Below, piece after piece: positions 1-12,426 of a stretch of 64,000 bases of DNA. The stretch's first letter is position 1. Every line of letters begins with the position of its first letter. Made by a program: the position numbers and the translations under genes. Origin of the DNA: an uncultured delta proteobacterium (GTDB lineage Bacteria > Desulfobacterota > WTBG01); NCBI GenBank assembly GCA_963793865.1, contig CAWCBP010000001.1, forward strand, positions 832,001 to 896,000, written 5' to 3'. The notes under the pieces were generated by a model. That model had not been told where the DNA came from. It did no database searches and worked only from the letters and a program-made list of their open reading frames with translations.

Positions 1-1176
1 AAGAACACGGTGCTGAGGCAGATTGCCGGAGGGATTTCTCTTCGCAGGGAATGGCTGATGGAGGAAAACAGCAAGGACCTGGCGGAGGCGCGCCGGCAGG
101 GCATGCCGGCAGCGCTGTACTCGCGCCTTGCCCTGTCTGACGGGACAATCCGTGACATGACCGAGGCGGTTCATCAGGTTACCGGGCTGAACGATCCGGT
201 GGGCGAAGTGGTGAGGATGTGGAGGCGTCCCAACGGATTGCAGGTCGGAAAGGTGCGCATACCCCTGGGTGTCATCGGCATCATATACGAATCGCGTCCC
301 ACCGTGACCGTCGACGCGGCCATACTCTGCCTGAAAGCCGGCAACGCGGTTATTCTCAAGGGCGGCAGTGAGGCCTGTCATTCCAATCAGGCTCTGGTGG
401 CCGTCATGCATGAGGCGCTCCGGGAAAGCGGCCTGCCGGAGTCGCTCATACAGCTGGTGCCGCCGGTGGAGCGGGAGCAGCTGTACGGGCTGCTGGCGCT
501 GGATGAGTACATTGACCTGATAATACCGCGGGGCGGAGAGGAACTGATCAGGGCGGTCGTCGCCCATTCCAAGATTCCGGTCATCAAGCACTACAAAGGG
601 GTGTGCCATATTTTCGTTGATCAGTCGGCGGATCAGGACATGGCCGAGTCCATCATTGTGAATGCGAAAGTGCAGCGGCCCGGCGTGTGCAATGCGCTGG
701 AGACGCTGCTCATTCACCGGGGCTGCGCGGCTGCGTTCCTGCCCCGGATCGTTGCCAGCCTTGGGTCGCGTCAGGTGGAAATCCGGGCATGCCGGCAGTG
801 CCGCGCCATCGTGCCCGGACTGAAGGAGGCCTCGGAAGACGACTGGTACCGTGAATACCTGGACCTGATCCTTTCGGTAAAGGTGGTTGCGGACATGGAT
901 GAGGCCATCGCCCACATAGAGCGCTACGGCTCCATGCACACTGATGCCATCATCACCCGCGATTACAATAACTCCCGGGACTTTGTGCGCCGGGTAAACT
1001 CCTCGGTGGTTCTGGTAAACGCTTCAACCCGCTTCAACGACGGCAACCAGCTCGGTCTGGGCGCTGAAATCGGCATCAGCACCACCAGGCTTCACGCCTT
1101 CGGTCCCATGGGGCTGGAGGAGCTGACGGCTCAAAAGTACGTGGTGTATGGAAGCGGTCAGATTCGTGAAGCCTAG
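1..1176 (+). CDS. proA: Gamma-glutamyl phosphate reductase (5' partial; frame open from window start)
   Basis: Motifs GVIGIIYESRP, PRGGEELI, CNALETLL, NASTRFNDG, GAEIGIST, GPMGLEELT. Confidence 0.97.
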   Translation, partial: KNTVLRQIAGGISLRREWLMEENSKDLAEARRQGMPAALYSRLALSDGTIRDMTEAVHQVTGLNDPVGEVVRMWRRPNGLQVGKVRIPLGVIGIIYESRPTVTVDAAILCLKAGNAVILKGGSEACHSNQALVAVMHEALRESGLPESLIQLVPPVEREQLYGLLALDEYIDLIIPRGGEELIRAVVAHSKIPVIKHYKGVCHIFVDQSADQDMAESIIVNAKVQRPGVCNALETLLIHRGCAAAFLPRIVASLGSRQVEIRACRQCRAIVPGLKEASEDDWYREYLDLILSVKVVADMDEAIAHIERYGSMHTDAIITRDYNNSRDFVRRVNSSVVLVNASTRFNDGNQLGLGAEIGISTTRLHAFGPMGLEELTAQKYVVYGSGQIREA

Positions 1177-1207
1177 AACAACTGGATGAAATGCGTTGAG
1201 GGTCGGT

Positions 1208-1868
1208 GTGCGCATAGGCTTGTTCGGCGGTTCTTTTAACCCGGTTCATATCGGTCACCTGCGGGCGGCGGAGGAAATTCGCGGGCTCTGCGCCCTGGAA
1301 AAGGTTATCTTCATTCCGACGCATATTGCCCCCCACAAGCCTGTTGGCACGTTTGCGTCCCCGCAGCACCGGCTGGCAATGCTCGAGCTGGCAATACAAG
1401 ATAATCGCCACTTTTTAGCTTCAGACGTGGAGCTCAAGCGTCCGGGAACGTCCTACTCGGTGGAAACACTCCGTTATTTCAGAGAGGCCTTTCCGGAATG
1501 CGGATCCATTCTTTATTATGGGAATGGATGCCTTCGCTGAAATTGACACCTGGAAAAATTACCGGGAGCTTTTTCCCCTCTGCAATTTTGTGGTTATGAC
1601 CAGGCCGGGCTATTCACCGCCGCACAGAGAGCGAATTATTCCCCGGACGATGGCGGGGGAATTTTCATTTTCCCCGGAAGAAAACCGCTATCGGCATGTC
1701 TCCGGCTTCTCTGTTTTTATTGCCGACATACCGGGCCTTGCCATTTCAGCCCGGGAAATCAGACGTCGCGTTGCTCAAGGTCATTCCTTCACCTATCTGG
1801 TGCCGAAAGCGGTGGAAGAGTATATACTGCGCCATAAACTGTATCACAACCAGGACAGCAGCAGCTGA
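1208..1868 (+). CDS. nadD: Nicotinate-nucleotide adenylyltransferase, broken by one extra base near 1495-1503 (probable sequencing error)
   Basis: GGSFNPVHIGH and SYSVETL in the first frame; FFIMGMDAF, ISAREIR, VEEYI in the +1 frame; classic proA-nadD-rsfS order. Confidence 0.92.
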
Positions 1869-1876
1869 CAACACCC

Positions 1877-2260
1877 GTGCCACGTAAAACGCATCACCGG
1901 CAGGAAGACGCCGAGAACATTAAAAAGCTGGGCTATTGCATCACGGCGGCCTTGAAAAAGAAGGCCTTTGATGTAATTGCCCTGGATGTCAGGACCTACA
2001 CATCAGTTGCCGATTATTTTGTCATCTGCAGCGGAAGCTCGAACCGGCAGACGCAGGCCATCGCGGAGTCGATTGAGCTCGATCTGAAAAAGCACGGCTT
2101 TCGTGCGCTGGGCATTGAAGGGTTCACACACGGGTCCTGGATTCTGCTTGATTACGGCGACATTGTCATGCACGTATTTTACCAGCCGGTCAGGGATTTT
2201 TACGGGCTGGAACGGCTGTGGGCGGACGCGCCGAAGGTTGCGCTGCCGGGACCGGAATGA
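1877..2260 (+). CDS. rsfS: Ribosome silencing factor (Iojap)
   Basis: ADYFVICSG, WILLDYGDIVMHVF, RDFYGLERLW. Confidence 0.96.
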   Translation: MPRKTHHRQEDAENIKKLGYCITAALKKKAFDVIALDVRTYTSVADYFVICSGSSNRQTQAIAESIELDLKKHGFRALGIEGFTHGSWILLDYGDIVMHVFYQPVRDFYGLERLWADAPKVALPGPE

Positions 2261-2288
2261 GCCGTTCCGCTCCTCCAGAGAGACAATC

Positions 2289-3026
2289 ATGAAGCCCTTC
2301 GTAACCGACCTTATGGATTTTATCTACCCTCCCGTCTGCGCCGTGTGCGCGGCTGCCCTGGAGCGCTCCGATTCATGGAACCTCTGCCCGGGCTGCCGCG
2401 GCGGGATCGCGTACCTTGAACCTCCCCTGTGCACGCGTTGCGGCAGGCCCTTTGCGCATGAACCCCGTTTCGAGCATCTCTGCGGCGAGTGCATCACCCG
2501 CCCCCTTCATTACCGGCGTGCTCGGGCGGTTGGCCATTATCGCGGCACGCTGCGCAGCGCCCTGCATCTCTTGAAGTACCGTCTGAAGGGGCCGCTTGCA
2601 CCGACCCTGGGAAGCCTCATGACGGAACGGCTGCCTTTCATTGAAGCGGAATGGAACTACGGCCTCATTGTACCCGTACCCCTCCACCCGAGCCGGCTGC
2701 GCGGAAGGGGATTTAATCAGGCCCTGTACCTGGCCGCATCGCTGAGCCGGCACCTGGGGGTTCCCCTGGACCGGTTTAATTTGAAGCGCACCCGCCGGAC
2801 ACAATCGCAGGTCGGCTTATCGGAAACCCAGCGGGCCTCCAATGTAAAAGGGGCCTTTGCGGTCTCCAGGCCGCAGACCATCAGCAATAAAACCATCCTG
2901 CTCATAGACGACATTTATACCAGCGGAAGCACGGTCGATGAATGCTCGAGGGTTCTTGTCGGCGCGGGGGCTGAAGCGGTGGATGTCCTGACGCTGGCCA
3001 GGGTTTCAGAGAGAGGTTTGTCATGA
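2289..3026 (+). CDS. comF: ComF family protein (double zinc ribbon plus PRTase-like domain)
   Basis: Four CxxC pairs, VPVPLH, RGFNQA, LIDDIYTSGST; start chosen at ATG 2289. Confidence 0.9.
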   Translation: MKPFVTDLMDFIYPPVCAVCAAALERSDSWNLCPGCRGGIAYLEPPLCTRCGRPFAHEPRFEHLCGECITRPLHYRRARAVGHYRGTLRSALHLLKYRLKGPLAPTLGSLMTERLPFIEAEWNYGLIVPVPLHPSRLRGRGFNQALYLAASLSRHLGVPLDRFNLKRTRRTQSQVGLSETQRASNVKGAFAVSRPQTISNKTILLIDDIYTSGSTVDECSRVLVGAGAEAVDVLTLARVSERGLS

Positions 3027-3991
3027 ACAAGATAGCTTCGTTGATCGGAGATGAGCTGACCCTGGTTGAACGGGCGCTTATTAATACCCTGGCCTCGCAT
3101 GTTTCCCTTATAAACAAGGTGGGCAGCTATATCATCGCCAGCGGCGGCAAGCGATTCCGTCCCCTGCTGTACCTTCTGACCGCCAGGGGATTCAATTATC
3201 GGGGCGCGGACAACATTCCCCTTGCCTGCGTGTTTGAGTATATTCACACCGCGACATTGCTGCACGATGATGTGCTGGATCATGCCGAGATGCGGAGGGG
3301 AAATTCGTCGGCCAACGCCCTCTGGGGGGACCGGATCAGCGTTTTGGTGGGGGATTTCCTGGTTTCCAAGGCTTTTTCCATCCTGGTGGAAACAGGGAAT
3401 GTGCAGGTGATGCGTGTCATATCTGAAGCGACAACCAGCCTGGCCGAAGGCGAGACCATGCAAACCGTCCGGGGCGGTGATTTGAGCCTGACCGAAAAAG
3501 AATATCTTGAAATCATAAGCCATAAAACGGCCAGCCTGATCTCGGCGGCGTGCCAGACCGGCGCCATCATGGGCAGGGCGGCACCCGGGGCGGAAGTGTC
3601 CATGCGAGAGTACGGCCTTAACCTGGGTATTGCATTTCAGATGGTTGACGACACGCTGGATTATGTCTCCGACAACATGAAATTCGGCAAGGCCCTGTTA
3701 AAGGACCTGCAGGAAGGCAAGATAACCCTGCCCCTGATTCACACCATGGAAAGGGCATCCGAGCAGGAGCGGGGGGAAATCCGCGACGCGCTGCAGCAGG
3801 TGCCCCCGGGAGCGGAACAGGCCAGGCGGGTGGTACAGCTGATTCAAAAATATAACGGGGTGGAGTACGTGTTTTCCCGGGCACGGGAATATGTCCGCCT
3901 GTCCATCGGCAATCTAAACGGGCTTGAATCGCCGGCGGTGAAGGAGGCCCTGACCGCCGCGGCCAACTATGTGGTGGAGAGGGAGTGGTAG
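3023..3991 (+). CDS. ispB: Polyprenyl (octaprenyl-type) diphosphate synthase
   Basis: GGKRFRP, LLHDDVLD (first DDxxD), KTASL, FQMVDDTLD (second DDxxD). Confidence 0.88.
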   Translation: MNKIASLIGDELTLVERALINTLASHVSLINKVGSYIIASGGKRFRPLLYLLTARGFNYRGADNIPLACVFEYIHTATLLHDDVLDHAEMRRGNSSANALWGDRISVLVGDFLVSKAFSILVETGNVQVMRVISEATTSLAEGETMQTVRGGDLSLTEKEYLEIISHKTASLISAACQTGAIMGRAAPGAEVSMREYGLNLGIAFQMVDDTLDYVSDNMKFGKALLKDLQEGKITLPLIHTMERASEQERGEIRDALQQVPPGAEQARRVVQLIQKYNGVEYVFSRAREYVRLSIGNLNGLESPAVKEALTAAANYVVEREW

Positions 3992-3997
3992 GTAACC

Positions 3998-4747
3998 ATG
4001 AGCATCCTGCTTACCAATGACGACGGCGTCTTCGCCGATGGACTCAGCGTCCTGCGCAGCCGGCTGATGGCCCTGGATGAGGTATGGACCGTTGCGCCGG
4101 ATCGCGAACGCAACGCGATAAGCCACGCACTGACCCTCCACCGCCCGTTGCGACTCTCGGAAATCGGCCATCATACCTTTGCCGTGAACGGCACCCCGGC
4201 TGATTGCATCAACATTGCGGTCAACCATTTGCTGCCCTCCCCGCCGCGGCTCATCGTGTCAGGCATTAACCGGGGATGTAATCTGGGAAATGACATCAAC
4301 TATTCAGGAACCCTGGCCGGCGCGCTTGAGGGCGCCGGCATGGGGCTGGCTGCGTTTGCCGTATCCCTCGCGGGGGAGGGAACATTTGATTATGGACCGG
4401 CGGCCGGCTTCGCCCTGCGCCTGGCAGGCTTCATACTCAGCCACGGTCTTCCCGCGAATACCATGCTCAACGTCAATGTGCCGGATACCGGCGGAAGGCC
4501 GATTGACCGCTACCGCATAACCAAGCAGGGAGCGCAGCGGCATCGCAACACCATTGAGAAAAAGATCGACCCGCGGGGGCTGAGCTACTACTGGATCGGC
4601 AGGGTCATGAATTGCCTGCCGTCGTCCGCCGGAGATGATGCATCCGATTACCGCGCCATGGAAGAGCAGGTTATCTCGGTGACCCCTCTCATCATAGACC
4701 GGACCAACGAAGTGTCGTATAAAGAAATGTCCGGCTGGACCATATAG
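3998..4747 (+). CDS. surE: 5'/3'-nucleotidase SurE
   Basis: ILLTNDDG, GTPADC, SGINRGCNLG, YSGT. Confidence 0.96.
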   Translation: MSILLTNDDGVFADGLSVLRSRLMALDEVWTVAPDRERNAISHALTLHRPLRLSEIGHHTFAVNGTPADCINIAVNHLLPSPPRLIVSGINRGCNLGNDINYSGTLAGALEGAGMGLAAFAVSLAGEGTFDYGPAAGFALRLAGFILSHGLPANTMLNVNVPDTGGRPIDRYRITKQGAQRHRNTIEKKIDPRGLSYYWIGRVMNCLPSSAGDDASDYRAMEEQVISVTPLIIDRTNEVSYKEMSGWTI

Positions 4748-4781
4748 CGGCCCCCGGGCTGTGAATGCGGTGAGGGTTTTC

Positions 4782-5237
4782 ATGCTGCAGATAGGAGTCA
4801 TAGGGCCGGAACAGTGTTCCCGGCAGGCAGCGGCACATGCCGAGCAGGTGGGCAGGGAAATTGCGCTGTGCGGGGCGCTGCTCATTTGCGGCGGCATGGG
4901 CGGGGTGATGGCTGCCGCCGCCAAAGGCGCTTGTGAGGCAGGCGGCACAAGCGTGGGCATATTGCCGGGCTTCCTGATGGAGGAGGCTAATCCTCATATA
5001 ACCATACCCATCGTGACCGGCATGAGCCACGCGCGAAACGTGCTGGTGGTGCGCTCCTCACACGTCCTGATTGCCGTTGAAGGCGGATACGGCACCCTTT
5101 CTGAAATAGCCATAGCCCTCAAACTGGGAAAGCCAATAATCGGGTTGCATACCTGGAAGGTAAGCCCGAAGATTATTGAGGCTGAAACGCCGCAGGAAGC
5201 GGTGCGATTGGCCATGGGCGCTGCCGGGCGTGCATAG
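4782..5237 (+). CDS. LOG-family Rossmann-fold nucleotide-binding protein (TIGR00725-like)
   Basis: CGGMGGVM, VGILPG, GMSHARN, GGYGTLSE. Confidence 0.85.
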   Translation: MLQIGVIGPEQCSRQAAAHAEQVGREIALCGALLICGGMGGVMAAAAKGACEAGGTSVGILPGFLMEEANPHITIPIVTGMSHARNVLVVRSSHVLIAVEGGYGTLSEIAIALKLGKPIIGLHTWKVSPKIIEAETPQEAVRLAMGAAGRA

Positions 5238-5304
5238 GGCACGCGTCATCCGTCACTGTGGCAGCCGGCTTCATGGGACCGGCACCGCGGCCGTAACACA
5301 CCAC

Positions 5305-6075
5305 ATGCATTGGCCGGTGAGAAGGACTGCTCTGCTTTGGTTACAGGCTCTGCTTATCGCTCCTCTTCTGCTTTCCGCCTGCTTTTATCCGCAGGCCGGG
5401 TCACGGCCGCGAACCGGGGAGCGGGATGCGGCACAGGCACCGCCTCTGCCGTACCGGATTGAGCCGTCGCCCAGGAGAATGCAGCAGGGCATCTACCACC
5501 CGGTGGGCAGGGGCGAGACGCTGTGGCGAATATGTAAAACCTATAACGTAAGCCTCCAGGAAGTAGCCGAGCTGAACTCGATAACCGACGCATCGCAGAT
5601 AAAGGCCGGAGACAGCATTTTCATTCCGGGCGCGGAGAGGGTGCTGGCGGTGAACCTTTCGGAAAGCGGATGGCAGAAGGCCCCGGAGTCCATTCAGCAG
5701 CCGAAGGGCAGATTCATATGGCCGGTGGAAGGAAAGATTGTCGGCCATTATGGCGTCAAGACGGGCATGAAATATGACGGCATTGATATTCAAGCCCCGC
5801 TGGGGAGCGCGGTAAGGGCCGCCGATGCGGGAAAAGTCGCTTTCGTCAACAGCATGCCGGGCTACGGCAATATCATCATCATCAAGCATGCCGATAAATA
5901 CTCAACCGTGTATGCCCACAATCAGCTCAATCTGGTGAAAGAAGGGAACTTGGTCAGTCAGGGTGCGATCATTGCGCGTTTGGGAAACTCACATAATCCC
6001 GCCTCCTCCCCCACGCTCCATTTTCAAATCAGGCGCTACAATCAGGCAAGAAATCCCCTCTTTTACCTTCATTGA
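5305..6075 (+). CDS. NlpD-like lipoprotein with LysM and M23 peptidase-like domains
   Basis: Lipobox LLLSAC, LysM (HPVGRGETLWRI), M23 (FIWPVEG, GIDI, YAHN, LHFQIR); start approximate. Confidence 0.85.
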   Translation: MHWPVRRTALLWLQALLIAPLLLSACFYPQAGSRPRTGERDAAQAPPLPYRIEPSPRRMQQGIYHPVGRGETLWRICKTYNVSLQEVAELNSITDASQIKAGDSIFIPGAERVLAVNLSESGWQKAPESIQQPKGRFIWPVEGKIVGHYGVKTGMKYDGIDIQAPLGSAVRAADAGKVAFVNSMPGYGNIIIIKHADKYSTVYAHNQLNLVKEGNLVSQGAIIARLGNSHNPASSPTLHFQIRRYNQARNPLFYLH

Positions 6076-6158
6076 TCCGCCTCTGGGCGGCATGTCACGT
6101 CCTCGTCTCTCAAGCAGCCGAACGGCATTGAGCACGGAAAGTGAAGACAATATTCAAA

Positions 6159-6188
6159 TTGACAAAAAAAATCATATGCTGTACTAAT
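6159..6188 (+). promoter_or_regulatory. Possible sigma70 promoter for degP
   Basis: TTGACA at 6159-6164 followed by an imperfect -10 region (gtactaat). Confidence 0.4.
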
Positions 6189-6244
6189 CTATTCTAACTG
6201 AACGCTAACCGCACCTGACCTCGTTACCGGGAAGGAGAAACAAA

Positions 6245-7735
6245 TTGAAACGGAAGAGAATTGCCATACCCTTGGTGTTAGCTGTTGCGCTGCTGTCATT
6301 CTGGATTGGAATGATGGTTTCATCAAGCAGCACCATAAACCCGGATATGCCGGCGCTGGCCAAAGAGGCACTCGCCCAAAACAGCGCCGACCCGGCTCAG
6401 GACTCCCAGGTGTTTGTGAGCCTGGCGGAGAAGCTCATGCCGGCTACGGTAAATATCAGCACATCGACAGCCCCCAAGAGGAAAATGCAGCAGTATCACA
6501 ATTTTCAGGGTGATGAGCGGCTGCGGGAATTTTTCGGAGACGATTTTTTTGAGAAGTTTTTCGACCAGATGCCGCCGGGCGATACGCCCTCGAAGAGCCT
6601 TGGCTCCGGCTTTATCATCGATAAGGAAGGATACATCATCACCAATAATCACGTGATTGAGGGCGCGGATGAAATCAAGGTTAAGCTTTCCGACAAGGAG
6701 GAATTTGATGCCACCATCGTTGGTAAAGACAGGAAGACGGATATCGCCCTGATTAAAATAACCCCCCCGCCCGGATTGCCGGTCGTCACGCTCGGTGATT
6801 CGGATAACTTAAAGGTCGGTGAGTGGGTGATGGCCATCGGCAATCCGTTCGGGCTCGATCAAACCGTGACCGTGGGCATCGTGAGCGCCAAATGGCGGAA
6901 GCTGGGCATGGGGCCGTACGAGGATTTTATCCAGACCGATGCGGCCATCAATCAGGGAAACAGCGGAGGGCCTCTTTTCAATACGCGCGGGGAGGTGGTG
7001 GGCGTGAACACGGCCATCTTTTCCACCAGCGGTGGAAATATCGGTATCGGCTTTGCGACGCCGATTAATCTGGCAAAAAGTGTGGTTAAGCAGCTCAAGG
7101 AAAAGGGCAGGGTGGTACGAGGCTGGCTGGGTGTTATCGTTCAGACGGTTACACCTGACCTGGCGAAAAGCTTTGGCCTTGACCAGAAGGAGGGAGCGCT
7201 GGTTGCCGACATTGACGCCGCCGGTCCTGCCGCCGCATCAGGCATCAAAAAGGGAGACATCATTGTTGCATTTAATGGAACTCCGATAAAAGAGATGGAT
7301 CAGCTGCCCCTGCTGGTGGCACAGACGCCTATCGGATCAAAGGGGGAACTTGACATCATCAGGGACGGCAAGAAGATCAGCAAGACTGTCGAGATCGGGG
7401 AGCTTAAAGATGAGGAAGGAATGGCCGAGGAGGATAAAGGAGGATCAGATGACATCGGCATGGAGCTTTCCGACATCACTGACGCGCTGGCGCGAAGATA
7501 CGATATTAAAAAAGAGGATGGCGTGCTGGTGACCAATGTCGAGCCGGCGAGCCCGGCAGCGCTGGCGGGCGTCAGGCCGGGTGACGTCATTACCCAGGTA
7601 AACCGGAAGGATATTCTTAACCTGGAAGCGTATAATAGATGCCTCAGCGATGCACGGAGGCAGAAAAAAGACAAGATTCTTCTCCTGATCGTCAGGGGTG
7701 AAACCTCCCAATTTGTGGTTGTCGATTTAGGGTAG
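6245..7735 (+). CDS. DegP/DegQ (HtrA) periplasmic serine protease with two PDZ domains
   Basis: GSGFII, TNNHV, DIAL, IQTDAAINQGNSGGPL, two PDZ-like regions, N-terminal hydrophobic segment. Confidence 0.95.
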   Translation: MKRKRIAIPLVLAVALLSFWIGMMVSSSSTINPDMPALAKEALAQNSADPAQDSQVFVSLAEKLMPATVNISTSTAPKRKMQQYHNFQGDERLREFFGDDFFEKFFDQMPPGDTPSKSLGSGFIIDKEGYIITNNHVIEGADEIKVKLSDKEEFDATIVGKDRKTDIALIKITPPPGLPVVTLGDSDNLKVGEWVMAIGNPFGLDQTVTVGIVSAKWRKLGMGPYEDFIQTDAAINQGNSGGPLFNTRGEVVGVNTAIFSTSGGNIGIGFATPINLAKSVVKQLKEKGRVVRGWLGVIVQTVTPDLAKSFGLDQKEGALVADIDAAGPAAASGIKKGDIIVAFNGTPIKEMDQLPLLVAQTPIGSKGELDIIRDGKKISKTVEIGELKDEEGMAEEDKGGSDDIGMELSDITDALARRYDIKKEDGVLVTNVEPASPAALAGVRPGDVITQVNRKDILNLEAYNRCLSDARRQKKDKILLLIVRGETSQFVVVDLG

Positions 7736-7843
7736 AAGCGGGGATTGCGTTTCCCGCCATGTCCGTGGTGCGCAGGGATGCTGCGTGCGCGGTCCTGCTC
7801 AGAGAACTCACTCTGATGTAACATGCGCTGAGGGTTTCATGCC

Positions 7844-7885
7844 TGAAAAAACCGTCCTTGACACGACGCAAGGATGGATTTTTCA
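7844..7885. terminator. Intrinsic terminator-like hairpin after degP
   Basis: tgaaaaaaccgtccttg-acacgacg-caaggatggatttttca, with A and T runs on either side. Confidence 0.6.
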
Positions 7886-7989
7886 TTTCAGGGGCACTCT
7901 GCCGGGAACAAAAAGGTGCTGATTTTCAAAGCAGTCCCGGATGCTTCTGCCCGTGAGCTCATCGCAGCGGAGCGTGAGCGGTCAGAACT

Positions 7990-10822
<2,833 letters not shown>

Positions 10823-10829
10823 AAATCGT

Positions 10830-11630
10830 CTAATGAACGGTTTCCAGGAAAGCGCTGACAATGTCCGGATCAAGCTGGCTGCCGGAAGACTTTTTCATTT
10901 CGTCAAACACCTCCTGCTTCGACAGCGCCTTGCGGTAGGAAAGATCAGAGCTTAAAAAATCGTAGGTTTCAACCGCTGATATTATCCTGGCGGGCAGGGG
11001 AATATTGTTTCCTGCCAGTCCGTCAGGGTATCCTTTCCCGTCAAACCGCTCGTGATGATGCCTGATGGTGGCAATGGTCGGTTTTAAAAAATCAACACCC
11101 GCGAGTATCTGCTCTCCGATTTCGGGATGCTTTTTAACCATGAACAGTTCCTGGTCGGTCAATTTTCCGGGCTTACCCAATATGTATTCGCTTATACCGA
11201 TTTTCCCCACATCGTGCAAGAGGCCGGCCAGCTCGAGGTTCCTTTTCTCGGATGCGGATAAGCCGAGCTTGTCGGCCATTCTGGTGCTGTACTCAGCCAC
11301 GCGCTGGGAATGACCGGTGGCAATAACATCTCTTGAGTCCAGTGCTTTTAAAATGACCTTGATGGTGGAAATATAGGATCCCAGCAGTTCCTTATAAATC
11401 TGGTAAAGCTCCTCCCTGCCCAGCCTTCCTTCTTCTCCGGGTAGATCCTCTATAAAACCGATCTCCTTGAGGTCAGACCGGCGAATGCGATGATGGCCGC
11501 CCGGAGTTTTGAGCGCCTTTAATTTACCGGAATAAATATAGTTTTTGATCGTCTGCGTGGTTACCTTCAGCAACTCCGCCGCTTCCCTGGTCTTCAATAT
11601 TTCTTTCTGCGCAAGCGGAACCTGTTTCAT
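10830..11630 (-). CDS. Excisionase/BldC-type HTH fused to HD-GYP phosphodiesterase-like domain
   Basis: N-term LKTREAAELLKVTTQTIKNY..KTPGGHHRI; C-term GHSQRV, LLHDVGK, HHHERFDGKGYP; G-rich RBS before ATG 11630. Confidence 0.85.
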   Translation of the reverse strand: MKQVPLAQKEILKTREAAELLKVTTQTIKNYIYSGKLKALKTPGGHHRIRRSDLKEIGFIEDLPGEEGRLGREELYQIYKELLGSYISTIKVILKALDSRDVIATGHSQRVAEYSTRMADKLGLSASEKRNLELAGLLHDVGKIGISEYILGKPGKLTDQELFMVKKHPEIGEQILAGVDFLKPTIATIRHHHERFDGKGYPDGLAGNNIPLPARIISAVETYDFLSSDLSYRKALSKQEVFDEMKKSSGSQLDPDIVSAFLETVH

Positions 11631-11903
11631 GTGATCTCCCCCCGGGAAAGTGTATAGTATGCTTCTTTTTTTACCACTTAAGTTTTTAGCATAAATTATA
11701 TATGTAATCAAGCTTTTTTTATGAGCGGGCTTTTATTTATAACATAATTTACCGTGTTATTATTAAAAAAACCGCAGATTCGTCGCCTGATAGCACCTTT
11801 TAACACTTAATTATCCAAAATAATATACGGGTCCGGTAAAAAAAGCACTTTTTAATCTAATGCGAAAACAAAGGAAATGTGCACCGATTTTCAACAGGAT
11901 GGC

Positions 11904-12380
11904 TTACTTCGTCACCAGTGTTTCTTTGATGCGTTCCTGCATGCTATGGTAATGGCTGCCGCGCCAGTATACTTTGCGGCAGCGGGGGCAGGATAAAAAT
12001 ATTTTTCTTGTGGTGAGAATGTATTCAGGTACCAATCGGTCCAGCAGTAAGGGAGGGGTTTTTACCAGCCTCGTGTTACAAACCAGGCAGCGGGTGAGAT
12101 GAGCGCGCTCTGAAAGGGTGAGATGATAGTGAGCAATTACCTCCCGCAGTTGCAGAACTGTCTCATTGGCCTTTATGGTGCAAATTCTGCTGATGTCCTC
12201 GACGGCACCGGCGCGGAGGCGGGTGTTGCGCGTCAGTATCTGCCGGTCTTCGGCGATGGCCTTTTGCAAAAGCTCGTGGTTAACCGGCCTGCGGGAATAT
12301 TCGGCATCATATCCGAGTATCCTGAGCCACTTTGATACTGTGCCGAGCATGCAGTCGGCCAAGAACCTGATCTCCGGCAT
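11904..12380 (-). CDS. Mut7-C RNase domain protein (DUF82)
   Basis: RFLADCMLG..KWLRILGYD, RCLVCN, CPRCRKVYWRGSH. Confidence 0.88.
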   Translation of the reverse strand: MPEIRFLADCMLGTVSKWLRILGYDAEYSRRPVNHELLQKAIAEDRQILTRNTRLRAGAVEDISRICTIKANETVLQLREVIAHYHLTLSERAHLTRCLVCNTRLVKTPPLLLDRLVPEYILTTRKIFLSCPRCRKVYWRGSHYHSMQERIKETLVTK

Positions 12381-12426
12381 GTCTGAGGCGCACATACATG
12401 GTTTGCTGAGAAGATTGGTTGCCTGC

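Noticed and set aside
10830..11630. HTH domain as a true prophage excisionase
   Set aside because: It is fused to HD-GYP, and no integrase, att site or phage genes are nearby.
11640..11900. c-di-GMP or cGAMP riboswitch upstream of the HD-GYP gene
   Set aside because: The region is AT-rich and I see no GEMM-type consensus.
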